A DNA stretch of 64,000 bases. It comes from Eledone cirrhosa. Taxonomy: Eukaryota. Each line of letters opens with the position of its first letter. Position 1 is the first letter of the stretch. The notes under the pieces were generated by a model. It had not been told where the DNA came from, ran no database searches, and was given only the letters and a program-made list of their open reading frames with translations. The stretch covers positions 46,066,001 to 46,130,000 of the forward strand of contig OZ024740.1 in NCBI GenBank assembly GCA_964016885.1, in the 5' to 3' direction. Made by a program: the position numbers and the translations under genes. Of the stretch, positions 50,401 through 64,000 are shown piece after piece.

Positions 50401-53400
50401 TAGTATGTTGGTATAGTGGTATAGTGGTGTGGTGGTATGATGGCAGTCCTATGGTGGTATGTTGGTATAGTGGTGTGTTGGTATGATGGCAGTCCTATGG
50501 TAGTATGTTGGTATAGTGGTATAGTGGTGTGGTGGTATGATGGCAGTCCTATGGTGGTATGTTGGTATAGTGGTGTGGTGGTATGATGGCAGTCCTATGG
50601 TAGTATGTTGGTATAGTGGTATAGTGGTGTGGTGGTATGATGGCAGTCCTATGGTGGTATGTTGGTATAGTGGTGTGTTGGTATGATGGCAGTCCTATGG
50701 TAGTATGTTGGTATAGTGGTATAGTGGTGTGGTGGTATGATGGCAGTCCTATGGTGGTATGTTGGTATAGTGGTGTGGTGGTATGATGGCAGTCCTATGG
50801 TAGTATGTTGGTATAGTGGTATAGTGGTGTGGTGGTATGATGGCAGTCCTATGGTGGTATGTTGGTATAGTGGTGTGGTGGTATGATGGCAGTCCTATGG
50901 TGGTATGGTGGTATAGTGGTGTGGTGGTATGATGGCAGTCCTATGGTGGTATGTTGGTATAGTAGTGTGGTGGTATGATGGCAGTCCTATGGTAGTATGT
51001 TGGTATAGTGGTATAGTGGTGTGGTGGTATGATGGCAGTCCTATGGTGGTATGTTGGTATAGTGGTGTGGTGGTATGATGGCAGTCCTATGGTAGTATGT
51101 TGGTATAGTGGTATAGTGGTGTGGTGGTATGATGGCAGTCCTATGGTGGTGTGTTGGTATAGTGGTGTGGTGGTATGATGGCAGTCCTATGGTGGTGTGT
51201 TGGTATAGTGGTGTGGTGGTATAATGGCAGTCCTATGTTGGTGGAGTGGTATAGTGGTGTGGTGGTATGATGGCAGTCCTATGGTGGTATGTTGGTATAG
51301 TGGTGTGGTGGTATGATGGCAGTCCTATGGTGGTGTGTTGGTATAGTGGTGTGGTGGTATGATGGCAGTCCTATGTTGGTGGAGTGGTATAGTGGTGTGG
51401 TGGTATGATGGCAGTCCTATGGTGGTATGTTGGTATAGTGGTGTGGTGGTATGATGGCAGTCCTATGTTGGTATAGTGGTATAGTGGTGTGGTGGTAGGA
51501 TGGCAGTCCTATGGTGGTGTGTTGGTATAGTGGTGTGGTGGTATGATGGCAGTCTTATGGGGGTATGTTGGTATAGAGGTATAGTGGTGTGGTGGTATGA
51601 TGGCAGTCCTATGTTGGTATAGTGGTATAGTGGTGTGGTGGTAGGATGGCAGTCCTATGGTGGTGTGTTGGTATAGTGGTATAGTGGTGTTGTTGGTATG
51701 ATGGCAGTCCTATGGTAGTATGTTGGTATAGTGTTATAGTGGTGTGGTGGCAGTCCTATGGTGGTGTGTTGGTATAGTGGTGTGGTGGTATGGTGGCAGT
51801 CCTATGGTGGTATAGTGGTATAGTGGTGTGGTGGTATGATGGCAGTCCTGTGGTGGTATGTTGGTATAGTGGTATAGTGGTGTGGTGGTATGATGGCAGT
51901 CCTATTGTAGTATGTTAGTATAGTGGTATATTGGTGTGGTGGTATGATGGCTGTCCTATGGTGGTGTGTTGGTATAGTGGTGTGGTGGTATGATGGCAGT
52001 CCTATGGTAGTATGTTGGTATAGTGGTATAGTGGTGTGGTGGTATGATGGCAGACCTATGGTGGTTTGTTGGTATAGTGGTATAGTGGTATGATGGCAGT
52101 CCTATGGTGGTATGTTGGTATAGTGGTGTGGTGGTATGATGGCAGTCCGATGGTGGTGTGTTGGTATAGTGGTGTGGTGGTATGATGGCAGTCCTATGAT
52201 GGTATTGTGGTATAGTGGTGTGGTGGTATGATGGCAGTCCTATGGTGGTATGGTGGTATAGTGGTGTGGTGGTATGATGGCAGTCCTATGGTGGTATGTT
52301 GGTATAGTAGTGTGATGGTATGATGGCAGTCCTATGTTGGTATGGTGGTATAGTGGTGTGGTGGTATGATGGCAGTCCTATGGTGGTATGTTGGTATAGT
52401 GGTGTGGTGGTATGATGGCAGTCCTATGGTGGTATGTTGGTATAGTGGTGTGGTGGTATGATGGCAGTCCTATGTTGGTATGGTGGTATAGTGGTGTGGT
52501 GGTATGATGGCAGTCCTATCATGGTTTGTTGGTATAGTGTTGTGGTGGTATGATGGCAGTCCTATGGTGGTATGGTGGTATAGTGGTGTGGTGCTATGAT
52601 GGCAGTCCTATGGTGCTGTAGTGGTATGATGGCAGTCCTATGGTGGTGTGTTGGTATAGTGGTGTGGTGGTATGATGGCAGTCCTATGGTGGTATGGTCG
52701 TATAGTGGTGTGGTGGTATGATGGCAGTCCTATGGTGGTGTGTTGGTATAGTGGTATAGTGGTGTGGTGGTATGATGGCAGTCCTATGGTGGTGTGTTGG
52801 TATAGTGGTGTGGTGGTATGATGGCAGTCCTATGGTGGTATGTTGGTATAGTGGTATGGTGGTATGATGGCAGTCCTATGGTGGTATGGTGGTATAGTGG
52901 TGTGGTGGTATGATGGCAGTCCTATGATGGTATGTTGGTATGGTGGTATGGTGGTATGATGGCAGTCCTATGATGGTATGTTGGTATAGTGGTGTGGTGG
53001 TATGATGGCAGTCCTATGATGGTGTGTTGGTATAGTGGTGTGGTGGTATGATGGCAGTCCTATGATGGTATGTTGGTATAGTGGTATGGTGGTATGATGG
53101 CAGTCCTATGGTGGTATGGTGGTATAGTGGTGTGGTGGTATGATGGCAGTCCTATGGTGGTATGTTGGTATAGAGGTATAGTGGTGTGGTGGTGTGATGG
53201 CAGTCCTATGGTGGTATGTTGGTATAGAGGTGTGGTGGTATGATGGCAGTCCTATGGTGGTATGTTGGTATAGAGGTATAGTGGTGTGGTGGTGTGATGG
53301 CAGTCCTATGGTGGTGTGTTAGTATAGTGGTGTGGTGGTATGATGGCAGTCCTATGGTGGTGTGTTGATATAGTGGTGTGGTGGTATGATGGCAGTCCTA

Positions 53401-56400
53401 TGGTGGTATGGTGGTATAGTGGTATAGTGGTATGATGGCAGTCCTATGGTGGTATAGTGGTGTGGTGGTATGATGGCAGTCCTATGGTGGTATTTTGGTA
53501 TAGTGGTGTGGTGGTATGATGGCAGTCCTATGGTGGTATAGTGGTGTGGTGGTATGATGGCAGTCCTATGGTGGTGTGTTGATATAGTGGTGTGGTGGTA
53601 TGATGGCAGTCCTATGGTGGTGTGTTGGTATAGTGGTATAGTGGTATGATGGCAGTCCTATGGTGGTATAGTGGTGTGGTGGTATGATGGCAGTCCTATG
53701 GTGGTATGTTGGTATAGTGGTATAGTGGTATGATGGCAGTCTTATGGTAGTATGTTGGTATAGTGGTATAGTGGTGTGGTGGTATGATGGCAGTCCTATG
53801 GTGGTGTGTTGATATAGTGGTGTGGTGGTATGATGGCAGTCCTATGGTGGTGTGTTGGTATAGTGGTGTGGTGGTATGATGGCTGTCCTATGGTGGTATG
53901 TTGGTATAGTGGTGTGGTGGTATGATGGCAGTCCTATGGTGGTATGTTGGTATAGTGGTGTGGTGGCATGATGGCAGTCCTATGGTGGTATGTTGGTATA
54001 GTGGTGTGGTGGTATGGTGGCAGTCCTATGGTGGTATATTGGTATGGTGGTATAGTGGTATGATGGCAGTCCTATGGTGGTATAGTGGTGTGATGGTATG
54101 ATGGCAGTCTTATGGTAGTATGTTGGTATAGTGGTGTGATGGTATGATGGCAGTCTTATGGTGGTATGGTGGTATAGTGATATAGTGGTGTGGTGGTATG
54201 ATGGCAGTCCTGTGGTGGTATGGTGGTATAGTGGCATAGTGGTGTGGTGGTATGATGGCAGTCCTATGGTGGTGTGTTGGTATAGTAGTGTGGTGGTATG
54301 ATGGCAGTCCTATGTTGGTATAGTGGTATAGTGGTGTGGTGGTATGATGGCAGTCCTATGTTGGTATAGTGGTATAGTGGTGTGTTGGTATAGTGGTATA
54401 GTGGTGTGATGGTATGATGGCAGTCCTATGGTGGTATAGTGGTATAGTGGTGTGGTGGTATGACGGCAGTCCTATGGCCGTATGTTGGTATAGTGGTGTG
54501 GTGGTATGATGGCAGTCCTATGGTGGTGTGTTGGTATAGTGGTGTGGTGGTATGATGGCAGTCCTATGGTGGTATGGTGGTATAGTGGTGTGGTGGTATG
54601 ATGGCAGTCCTATGATGGTATGTTGGTATAGAGGTGTGGTGGTATGATGGCAGTCCCATGGTGGTGTGTTAGTATAGTGGTGTGGTGGTATGGTGGTTTG
54701 ATGGCAGTCCTATGGTGGTATGTTGATATAGTGGTGTGGTGGTATGATGGCAGTCCTATGATGGTATGTTGATATAGTGGTGTGGTGGTATGATGGCAGT
54801 CCTATGATGGTATGTTGGTATAGAGGTATAGTGGTGTGGTGGTATGATGGCAGTCCTATGGTGGTATAGTGGTATAGTGGTGTGGTGGTATGATGGCAGT
54901 CCTATGGTGGTATGGTGGTATAGTGGTGTGGTGGTATGATGGCAGTCCTATGGTGGTGTGTTGGTATAGTGGTGTGGTGGTATGATGGCAGTCCTATGGT
55001 GGTGTGTTGGTATAGTGGTGTGGTGGTATGATGGCAGTCCTATGGTGGTGTGTTGGTATAGTGGTATAGTGGTGTGGTGGTATGATGGCAGTCCTATGGT
55101 GGTGTGTTGATATAGTGGTGTGGTGGTATGATGGCAGTCCTATGGTGGTATGTTGGTATAGAGGTATAGTGGTGTGGTGGTATGATGGCAGTCCTATGGT
55201 GGTATAGTGGTATAGTGGTGTGGTGGTATGATGGCAGTCCTATGGTGGTATGGTGGTATAGAGGTGTGGTGGTATGATGGCAGTCCTATGTTGGTGTGTT
55301 AGTATAGTGGTGTGGTGGTATGATGGCAGTCCTATGGTGGTATGTTGATATAGTGGTGTGGTGGTGTGATGGCAGTCCTATGTTGGTATAGTGGTATAGT
55401 GGTGTGGTGGTATGATGGCAGTCCTATGGAGGTATGGTGGTATAGTGGTGTGGTGGTATGATGGCAGTCCTATGGTGGTATGTTGGTATAGTGGTGTGGT
55501 GGTATGATGGCAGTCCTATGGTGGTGTGTTGATATAGTGGTGTGGTGGTATGATGGCAGTCCTATGGTGGTGTGTTGGTATAGTGGTGTGGTGGTATGAT
55601 GGCAGTCCTATGGTGGTATGGTGGTATAGTGGTGTGGTGGTATGATGGCTGTCCTATGGTGGTATGTTGGTATAGTGGTGTGGTGGTATGATGGCAGTCC
55701 TATGGTGGTATGGTGGTATAGTGGTGTGGTGGTATGATGGCAGTCCTATGGTGGTATGTTGGTATAGTGGTGTGGTGGTATGATGGCAGTCCTATGGTGG
55801 TATGGTGGTATAGTGTTGTGGTGGTATGATGGCAGTCCTATGGTGGTATGTTGGTATAGAGGTGTGGTGGTATGATGGCAGTCCTATGTTGGTATGTTGG
55901 TATAGTGGTATAGTGATATGATGGCAGTCCTATGGTGGTATGGTGGTATAGTGGTGTGATGGTATGATGGCAGTCTTATGGTAGTATGTTGGTATAGTGG
56001 TGTGATGGTATGATGGCAGTCTTATGGTGGTATGTTGGTATAGTGATATAGTGGTGTGGTTGTATGATGGCAGTCCTGTGGTGGTTTGGTGGTATAGTGG
56101 TATAGTGCCATAGTGGTGTGGTGGTATGATGGCAGTCCTATGGTGGTATGTTGGTATAGAGGTATAGTGGTGTGGTGGTATGATGGCAGTCCTATGGTGG
56201 TATGTTGGTATGTTGGTATCGTGGTGTGTTGGTATGTTGGTATCGTGGTGTGTTGGTATGTTGGTATCGTGGTGTGGTGGTATGATGGCAGTCCTATGGT
56301 GGTATGTTGGTATAGAGGTATAGTGGTGTGGTGGTATGATGGCGGTGGTATGTTGGTATGTTGGTTTCGTGGTGTGGTGGTATGATGGAAGTGCTATGGT

Positions 56401-56490
56401 AGTATGTTGGTATAGTGGTGTGGTGGTATGATGGCAGTCCTATGGTGGTATGTTGGTATAGTAGTTTGATGGTATGATGGCAGTCTTATG
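32466..56490. repeat. ~24-kb satellite with a modal 46-bp unit ATGATGGCAGTCCT-ATGGTGGT-ATGTTGGT-ATAGTGGT-GTGGTGGT (30/38/54-bp variants)
   Basis: A 14-bp anchor plus a variable number of 8-bp subunits. The 54-bp variant gives the 18-aa periodic pseudo-ORFs. Confidence 0.98.
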
Positions 56491-59400
56491 TTGGTGTGGT
56501 GGTATAGTGGTGTGATGGTATAGTGGTGTAGTGGAATGTTGGTGTGGTGGTATGGTGGTATGGTGGTATAGTGGTGCTAATGTGGTGTGATGGCATAGTG
56601 GTGTGGAGGTATGTTGGTGTGGAGGAGTGGAGGTGTGATGGTGTGGTGGTATGGTGGTATGGTGGTGTGGTGGTATAGTGGTGTGGTGGTATGGTGGTGT
56701 GGTGGTATGGTGGTATGGTGGTATGTTGTATGATGGTATGGCGGTGTGGTGGTATGGTGGTGTGGTGGTATAGTTGTGTAGTGGTATGTTGGTGTGGTGG
56801 TATAGTGGTGGTGTGGTGGTATACTGGTAGTGTGATGGTATAGTGGTGTGGTGGTGTGGTGGTATGGTGGAGTGGTGGTATGGTGGTGTGATGGTGTGTG
56901 GTATGGTCGAGTGGTGGTATGGTGATATATTGGTATAGTGGTTGTATAGTGGTGTGGTGGTGTGGTGGTGTTGTGGTGTGGTGGTGGGGTGGTGTGGTGG
57001 TGTGGTGGTATGGTGGTGTGGTGGTATAGTGGTGTGGTGGTGAGGTGGTGTTGTGGTGTGGTGGTGTGGTGGTATGGTGCTGTGGTGGTGTGGTGATATG
57101 GTGGTGTAGTGGTATAATGATGTGGTGGTATGGTGGAGTGGTGGTATGGTAATATGGTCGTGTGGTGCTGTGGTGGTGTGTTGGTGGGGTGGTAGTATGG
57201 TGGTGTGGTGGTATGGTTGTGTGGTTGTATGGTGGCGTGGTGGTGTGGTGGTATAATGGTGTGGTTGTGTGGTAGTATGGTGGTGTGGTGGCATGGGGGT
57301 ATGGTGGTGAGGTGGTATAGTGGTGTGGTGGTATGGTGGTATGGTAGTATTTTGGTGTGGTGCTGTGGTGGTGTGTTGGTGGGGTGGTAAAATGGTGTGG
57401 TATTATGGTGGTGTTGTGGTATGGTGGTGTGGTTGTATGGTGGTGTGTTAGTATGGTGGTGTGGTGGTATAATGGTGTGGTGGTGTGGTAGTATGGTGGT
57501 GTGGTGGTATGGTGGTATGGTGGTGAGGTGGAATAGTGGTGTGGTGGAATGGTGGTGTGGTGGTGTTGTGGTATGTTGGTCTGGTGGTGTGGTGGTATGG
57601 TGCTGAGGTGGTATAGTGGTGTGGTGGTATGGTGGTGTGGTGGTATGATGGTGTGGTAGTATGGTGGTGTGGTAGTATGGTGGTGTGGTAGTATGGTGGT
57701 GTGGTGGTATGGTGGTATAGTGGTGTGGTGGTACGGTGGTGAGGTGATATGGTGGGTATGGTGGTGAGGCTGTGTGGTGGTATGGTGTGTGGTGGTATGG
57801 TGGTGTGGTGGTGTGGTGGTATGTTGTGTGGTGGTGTGGTGGTGTGGTGATATAGTGGTGTGGTGGTATGGTGGTGTGGTGGTATGGTGATGTGGTGGTG
57901 TGGTGGTATGGTGATGTGGTGGTGTGGTGTTATGGTGGTTTGGTGGTATATTTGTGGCGAGGTGTGTGGGTGCGGTGATATAGTGGTGTGGTGGTATGTT
58001 GATGTGGTGGTATGGTGATATGGTGGTATGGTGATGTGGTGGTATGGTGTTATAGTGGTGTGGTAGTATGGTAGTATGGTGGTGTGGTGGTATGTTGATG
58101 TGGTGTGTGGTGGTATGGTGGTGTCGTGGTGTGCTGGTGTGCTGGTGTGCTGGTGTGGTGTTTGGTGGTGTGGTGGTGTGGTGTGTGGTGGTGTGCTGGT
58201 GTGGTAGTGTGCTATTGTGGTGGTATGGTGGTGTGGTGTGGTGTGTGGTGGTATGGTGGTGTCGTGGTGTGCTGGTGTGATGGTGTGGTGTGTGGTGGTG
58301 TGGTGGTGTGGTGGTATGCTGGTGTCGTGGTGTGCTGGTGTGGTGTTTGGTGGTGTGGTGGTGTGGTGTGTGGTGGTGTGGTGGTGTGGTGGTGTGGTGG
58401 TGTGGTGGTGTCGTGGTGTGGTGTGTGGTGGTATGGTGGTGTTGTGGTGTGCTGGTGTGCTGGTGTGCTGGTGTGGTGTGTGGTGGTGTGGTGGTGTGGT
58501 GTGTGGTGGTGTGGTGTTGTGGTGGTGTGGTGGTGTGGTGGTGTGGTGGTGTGGTGGTGTGGTGGTGTGCTGGTGTGCTGGTGTGGTGTGTGGTGGTGTG
58601 ATGGTGTGGTGTGTGGTGGTGTGGTGGTGTGGTGGTATGGTGGTGTGGTGGTGTGGTGGTGTGGTGGTGTGGTGGTGTGGTGTTGTGGTGGTGCAGTGGT
58701 GTGGTGGTGTGCTGGTGTGCTGGTGTGGTGTGTGTGGTGTGATGGTGTGGTGTGTGGTGGTGTGGTGGTGTGGTGGTATGGTGGTGTGGTGGTGTGGTGG
58801 TGTGGTGGTGTGGTGGTGTGGTGGTGTTGTGGTGGTGCAGTGGTGTGGTGGTGTGCTGGTGTGCTGGTGTGGTGTGTGGTGGTGTGATGGTGTGGTGGTG
58901 TGGTGGTATAGTGGTGTGGTGGTGAGGTGGTGTGGTGGTGTGGTGGTGTGGTGGTATGGTGGTGTGGTGGTGTGGTGGTATGGTGGTGTAGTGTTATAAT
59001 GGTGTGGTGGTATGGTGGAGTGGTGGTATGGTTGTGTGGTGGTGAGGTGGTGTGGTGGTGTGGTGGTATGGTAATATGGTCGTGTGGTGCTGTGGTGGTG
59101 TGTTGGTGGGGTGGTAGTATGGTGGTGTGGTGGTATGGTCGTGTGGTTGTATGGTGGTGTGGTGGTATAATGTTGTGGTTGTGTGGTAGTATTGTGGTGT
59201 GGTGGCATGGGGCTATGGTGGTGAGGTGGTATAGTGGTGTGGTGGTATGGTGGTATGGTAGTATGGTGGTGTGGTGCTGTGGTGGTGTGTTGGTGGGGTG
59301 GTAAAATGGTGTGGTATTATGGTGGTGTGGTGGTATGGTGGTGTGGTTGTATGGTGGTGTGTTAGTATGGTGGTGTGGTGGTATAATGGTGTGGTGGTGT

Positions 59401-62400
59401 GGTAGTATGGTGGTGTGGTGGTATGGTGGTATGGTGGTGAGGTGGAATAGTGGTGTGGTGGAATGGTGTTGTGGTGGTGTTGTGGTATGTTGGTCTGGTG
59501 GTGTGGTGGTATGGTGCTGAGTTGGTATAGCGGTGTGGTGGTATGGTATTGTGGTGGTATGATGGTGTGGTAGTATGGTGGTGTGGTAGTATGGTGGTGT
59601 GGTAGTATGGTGGTGTGGTGGTATGGTGGTATAGTGGTGTGGTGGTACGGTGGTGAGGTGATATGGTGTTATTGTGGTTTAGTGGTGTGGTGGTGTGGTG
59701 GTATGGTGGTATAGTGGGGGTATAGTGGTGTGATGGTATAGTGGTGGTGTGGTGATGTGGGTGTATGGTGGTATGGTGTTGTGGTGGTATGCTGATGTGG
59801 TGGTGTGGTGGTATGGTGTTGTGGTGGTATAGTGGTGTTTTAGCATGGTGGTGTGGTGGTATGATGGTATAGTGGTATAGTTGTGTGGTGGTGTGGTGGT
59901 GTGTTGGAGTGGTGGTATAGTGGTGTGGCTGTGTGGGGGCATGGTGGTATGGTGGTATGGTGGTGTAGTGGTGTGGTGGTGTGGTGGTGTGGTAGTGTGG
60001 CGGTATGTTTGTATGGTGGTGTGGTGGTATAGTGGTGTGGTGGTATGCTCGTGTGGTGGTATGGTGGTGTTGTGGTGGTGTGGTGGTATAGTGGTATAGT
60101 GGTGTGGTGGTGTGGTGGTATGGTGGTATGGTGGTGTGGTGGTATGGTGGTATGGTGGTATGGGCGTATGGTGTTGTGGGTGTATGGTTGTGTGGTGGTA
60201 TGATGGTGTGGTGGTATGGTGGTGTGGTGGTATAATGCTGTGGTGATATGGTGGTGTGGTGGTATGGTGGTGTGGTGGTATGGTAGTGTGGTGGTGTGGT
60301 GGTGTGGTGGTATGGTGGTGTGGTGGTATGGTGGTGTGGTTGTATGGTGGGTATGGTGGTGAGGTGGTGTGGTGGTATGGTGTGTGGTGGTATGGTGGTG
60401 TGGTGGTGTGGTGGTATGGTGGTGTGGTGGTGTGGTGGTGTGGTGATATAGTGGTGTGTTGGTGTGGTGGTATGGTGGTGTGGTGTGGTGTGTGGTGGTA
60501 TGGTGGTGTCGTGGTGTGCTGGTGTGATGGTGTGGTGTGTGGTGGTGTGGTGGTATGCTGGTGTCGTGGTGTGCTGGTGTGCTGGTGTGGTGTTTGGTGG
60601 TGTGGTGGTGTGGTGTGTGGTGGTGTGGTGGTGTGGTGGTGTGGTGGTGTGGTGTGTCGTGGTATGGTGGTGTCGTGGTGTGGTGGTGTGCTGGTGTGGT
60701 GTGTGGTGGTGTGGTGGTGTGGTGTGTGGTGGTGTGGTGTTGTGGTGGTGTGGTGGTGTGGTGGTGTGGTGGTGTGGTGGTGTGGTGGTGTGCTGGTGTG
60801 CTGGTGTGGTGTGTGGTGGTGTGGTGGTATGGTGGTATAGTGGGGGTATAGTGGTGTGATGGTATAGTGGTGGTGTGGTGATGTGGGTGTATGGTGGTAT
60901 GGTGTTGTGGTGGTATGCTGATGTGGTGGTGTGGTGGTATGGTGTTGTGGTGGTATAGTGGTGTTTTAGCATGGTGGTGTGGTGGTATGATGGTATAGTG
61001 GTATAGTTGTGTGGTGGTGTGGTGGTGTGTTGGAGTGGTGGTATAGTGGTGTGGTGGTGTGGTGGTATGGTGGTATGGTGGTATGGTGGTGTAGTGGTGT
61101 GGTGGTGTGGTGGTGTGGTAGTGTGGCGGTATGTTTGTATGGTGGTGTGGTGGTATAGTGGTGTGGTGGTATGCTGGTGTGGTGGTATGGTGGTGTTGTG
61201 GTGGTGTGGTGGTATAGTGGTATAGTGGTGTGGTGGCGTGGTGGTATGGTGGTATGGTGGTGTGGTGGTATGGTGGTATGGTGGTATGGGGGTATGGTGG
61301 TGTGGGTGTATGGTGGTGTGGTGGTATGATGGTGTGGTGGTATGGTGGTGTGTTGGTATAATGCTGTGGTGATATGGTGGTGTGGTGGTATGGTTGTGTG
61401 GTGGTATGGTAGTGTGGTGGTGTGGTGGTGTGGTGGTATGGTGGTGTGGTGGTATATTGGTGTGGTTGTATGGTGGGTATGGTGGTGAGGTGGTGTGGTG
61501 GTATGGTGTGTGGTGGTATGGTGGTGTGGTGGTGTGGTGGTATGGTGGTGTGGTGGTGTGGTGGTGTGGTGATATAGTGGTGTGGTGGTATGGTGGTGTG
61601 GTGGTATGGTGATGTGGTGGTGTGGTGGTATGGTGATGTGGTGGTGTGGTGGTATGGTGGTTTGGTGGTATATTGGTGGGGAGGTGTGTGGGTGCGGTGA
61701 TATAGTGGTGTGGTGGTATGTTGATGTGGTGGTATGGTGATATGGTGGTATGGTGATGTGGTGGTATGGTGTTATAGTGGTGTGGTAGTATGGTAGTATG
61801 GTGGTGTGGTGGTATGTTGATGTGGTGTGTGGTGGTATGGTGGTGTCGTGGTGTGCTGGTGTGCTGGTGTGGTGTTTGGTGGTGTGGTGGTGTGGTGTGT
61901 GGTGGTGTGCTGTTGTGGTGGTGTGTTGGTGTGGTGGTATGGTGGTGTGGTGTGGTGTGTGGTGGTATGGTGGTGTCGTGGTGTGCTGGTGTGATGGTGT
62001 GGTGTGTGGTGGTGTGGTGGTATGCTGGTGTCGTGGTGTGCTAGTGTGCTGGTGTGGTGTTTGGTGGTGTGGTGGTGTGGTGTGTGGTGGTGTGGTGGTG
62101 TGGTGGTGTGGTGGTATGGTGGTTTGGTGGTATATTGGTGGGGAGGTGTGTGGGTGTGGTGATATAGTGGTGTGGTGGTATGTTGATGTGGTGGTATGGT
62201 GATATGGTGGTATGGTGATGTGGCGGTATGGTGTTATAGTGGTGTGGTAGTATGGTAGTATGGTGGTGTGGTGGTATGTTGATGTGGTGTGTGGTGGTAT
62301 GGTGGTGTCGTGGTGTGCTGGTGTGGTGTGTGGTGGTGTGGTGGTGTGGTGGTGTGGTGGTGTGGTGTGTGGTGGTATGGTGGTGTCGTGGTGTGCTGGT

Positions 62401-64000
62401 GTGGTGTTTGGTGGTGTGGTGGTGTGGTGTGTGGTGGTGTGGTGGTGTGGTGTGTGGTGGTGTGCTGGTGTGCTGGTGTGCTGGTGTGGTGTGTGGTGGT
62501 GTGATGGGGTGGCGTGTGGTGGTGTGGTGGTGTGGTGGTATGGTGGTGTGGTGGTGTGGTGGTGTGGTGGTGTGGTGGTGTGGTGGTGTGGTGTGTGGTG
62601 GTGTGATGGGGTGGTGTGTGATGGGGTGGTGTGTGGTGGTGTGGTGGTGTGGTGGTATGGTGGTGTGGTGGTGTGGTGGTGTGGTGGTGTGGTGTGTGGT
62701 GGTATGGTGGTGTCGTGGTGTGCTGGTGTGCTGGTGTGGTGTTTGGTGGTGTGGTGGTGTGGTGTGTGGTGGTGTGGTGCTGTGGTGGTGTGGTGGTGTG
62801 GTGGTGTGGTGGTGTCGTGGTGTGGTGTGTGGTGGTATGGTGGTGTCGTGGTGTGGTGGTGTGCTGGTGTGGTGTGTGGTGGTGTGATGGGGTGGTGTGT
62901 GGTGGTGTGGTGGTGTGGTGGTGTGGTGGTGTGGTGTGTGGTGGTATGGTGGTGTCGTGGTGTGCTGGTGTGGTGTGTGGTGGTGTGGTGGTGTGGTGTG
63001 TGGTGGTGTGGTGGTGTGGTGGTGTGGTGGTGTGCTGGTGTGCTGGTGTGGTGTGTGGTGGTGTGATGGTGTGGTGTGTGGTGGTGTGGTGGTGTGGTGG
63101 TATGGTGGTGTGGTGGTGTGGTGGTGTGGTGGTGTGGTGGTGTGGTGGTGTGGTGGTATGGTGGTGTGCTGTGTGGTGTTGTGTTGGTGTGGTGGTGTGG
63201 TGGTGTGGTGGTGTGGTGGTGTGGTGGTATGGTGGTGTGGTGGTATGGTGATATGGTGGTATGGTGGTATGGTAGTATGGTGGTGTGGTGGTGTGGTATT
63301 GTGGTGGTGTGGTGGTGTGGTGGTGTGGTGGTATGGTGGTATGGTGGTATGGTGGTGTGGTGGTGTGGTGGTGTGGTGGTGTGGTGGCGTGGTGGTATGG
63401 TGGTCTGGTCGTATGGTGATATGGTGGTGTGGTGGTGTGGTGGTGTGGTGGTGTGGTGGTGTGGTGGTATGGTGGTGTGGTGGTATGGTGGTATGGTGGT
63501 GTGGTGGTGTGGTGGTGTGGTGGTATGGTGGTGTGGTGTTGTGTTGGTGTGGTGGTGTGGTGGTGTGGTGGTGTGGTGGTGTGGTGGTGTGGTGTGTGGT
63601 GGTGTGCTGTTGTGGTGGTGTGTTGGTGTGGTGGTATGGTGGTGTGGTGTGGTGTGTGGTGGTATGGTGGTGTCGTGGTGTGCTGGTGTGATGGTGTGGT
63701 GTGTGGTGGTGTGGTGGTATGCTGGTGTCGTGGTGTGCTGGTGTGCTGGTGTGGTGTTTGGTGGTGTGGTGGTGTGGTGTGTGGTGGTGTGGTGGTGTGG
63801 TGGTGTGGTGGTGTGGTGTGTCGTGGTATGGTGGTGTCGTGGTGTGGTGGTGTGCTGGTGTGGTGTGTGGTGGTGTGGTGGTGTGGTGTGTGGTGGTGTG
63901 GTGTTGTGGTGGTGTGGTGGTGTGGTGGTGTGGTGGTGTGGTGGTGTGGTGGTGTGGTGGTGTGGTGTGTCGTGGTATGGTGGTGTCGTGGTGTGGTGGT
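56491..64000. repeat. Anchor-less (GTGGTGGT/ATGGTGGT/GTGGT)n array running to the window end
   Basis: The GCAGTCCT anchor is absent. 8- and 5-bp units with kb-scale internal duplications. Confidence 0.95.

Noticed and set aside
32466-56490. CRISPR-like pattern of constant anchor plus variable spacer
   Set aside because: The spacers are 8-bp subunit repeats rather than unique sequences. The context is eukaryotic and there are no cas genes.
32696-63691. Many V/W/C/G-rich and H/T/P-rich ORFs
   Set aside because: They are periodic translations of the satellite.

Overview
Eukaryotic, repeat-rich DNA from a coleoid cephalopod, probably an octopod (inferred from a reflectin gene and octopus OK/OR-like SINEs). 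The only host gene is a 420-aa reflectin (28461-29723, +). The sequence supports a full gene model: TATA/Inr at about 24956-24993, a 61-nt non-coding exon 1, a 3.4-kb 5'UTR intron and a poly(A) signal at 30209. A 26-bp minisatellite and four TTAATTAA sites lie just upstream, and the intron holds an inverted SINE pair. Bases 1-24 kb are nested mobile elements: Penelope-like elements (PLEs), a near-full-length RTE LINE inside a 227-bp inverted repeat, decayed RTE and R4/Dong-like LINEs, SINEs and a tiny MITE. Bases 32.5-64 kb are a G/T-skewed satellite built on 8-bp subunits. The most unexpected signal, found by manual folding, is nine type I hammerhead-ribozyme (HHR) folds from about six sequence families within 32 kb. 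Most have a palindromic stem III, several have a non-Watson-Crick 10.1-11.1 pair, and several have long stem II inserts. Two of them bound a 545-nt retrozyme-like unit (4429-5240). Most ORFs in the supplied track are repeat artefacts. All family names come from recalled motifs; no database searches were run.
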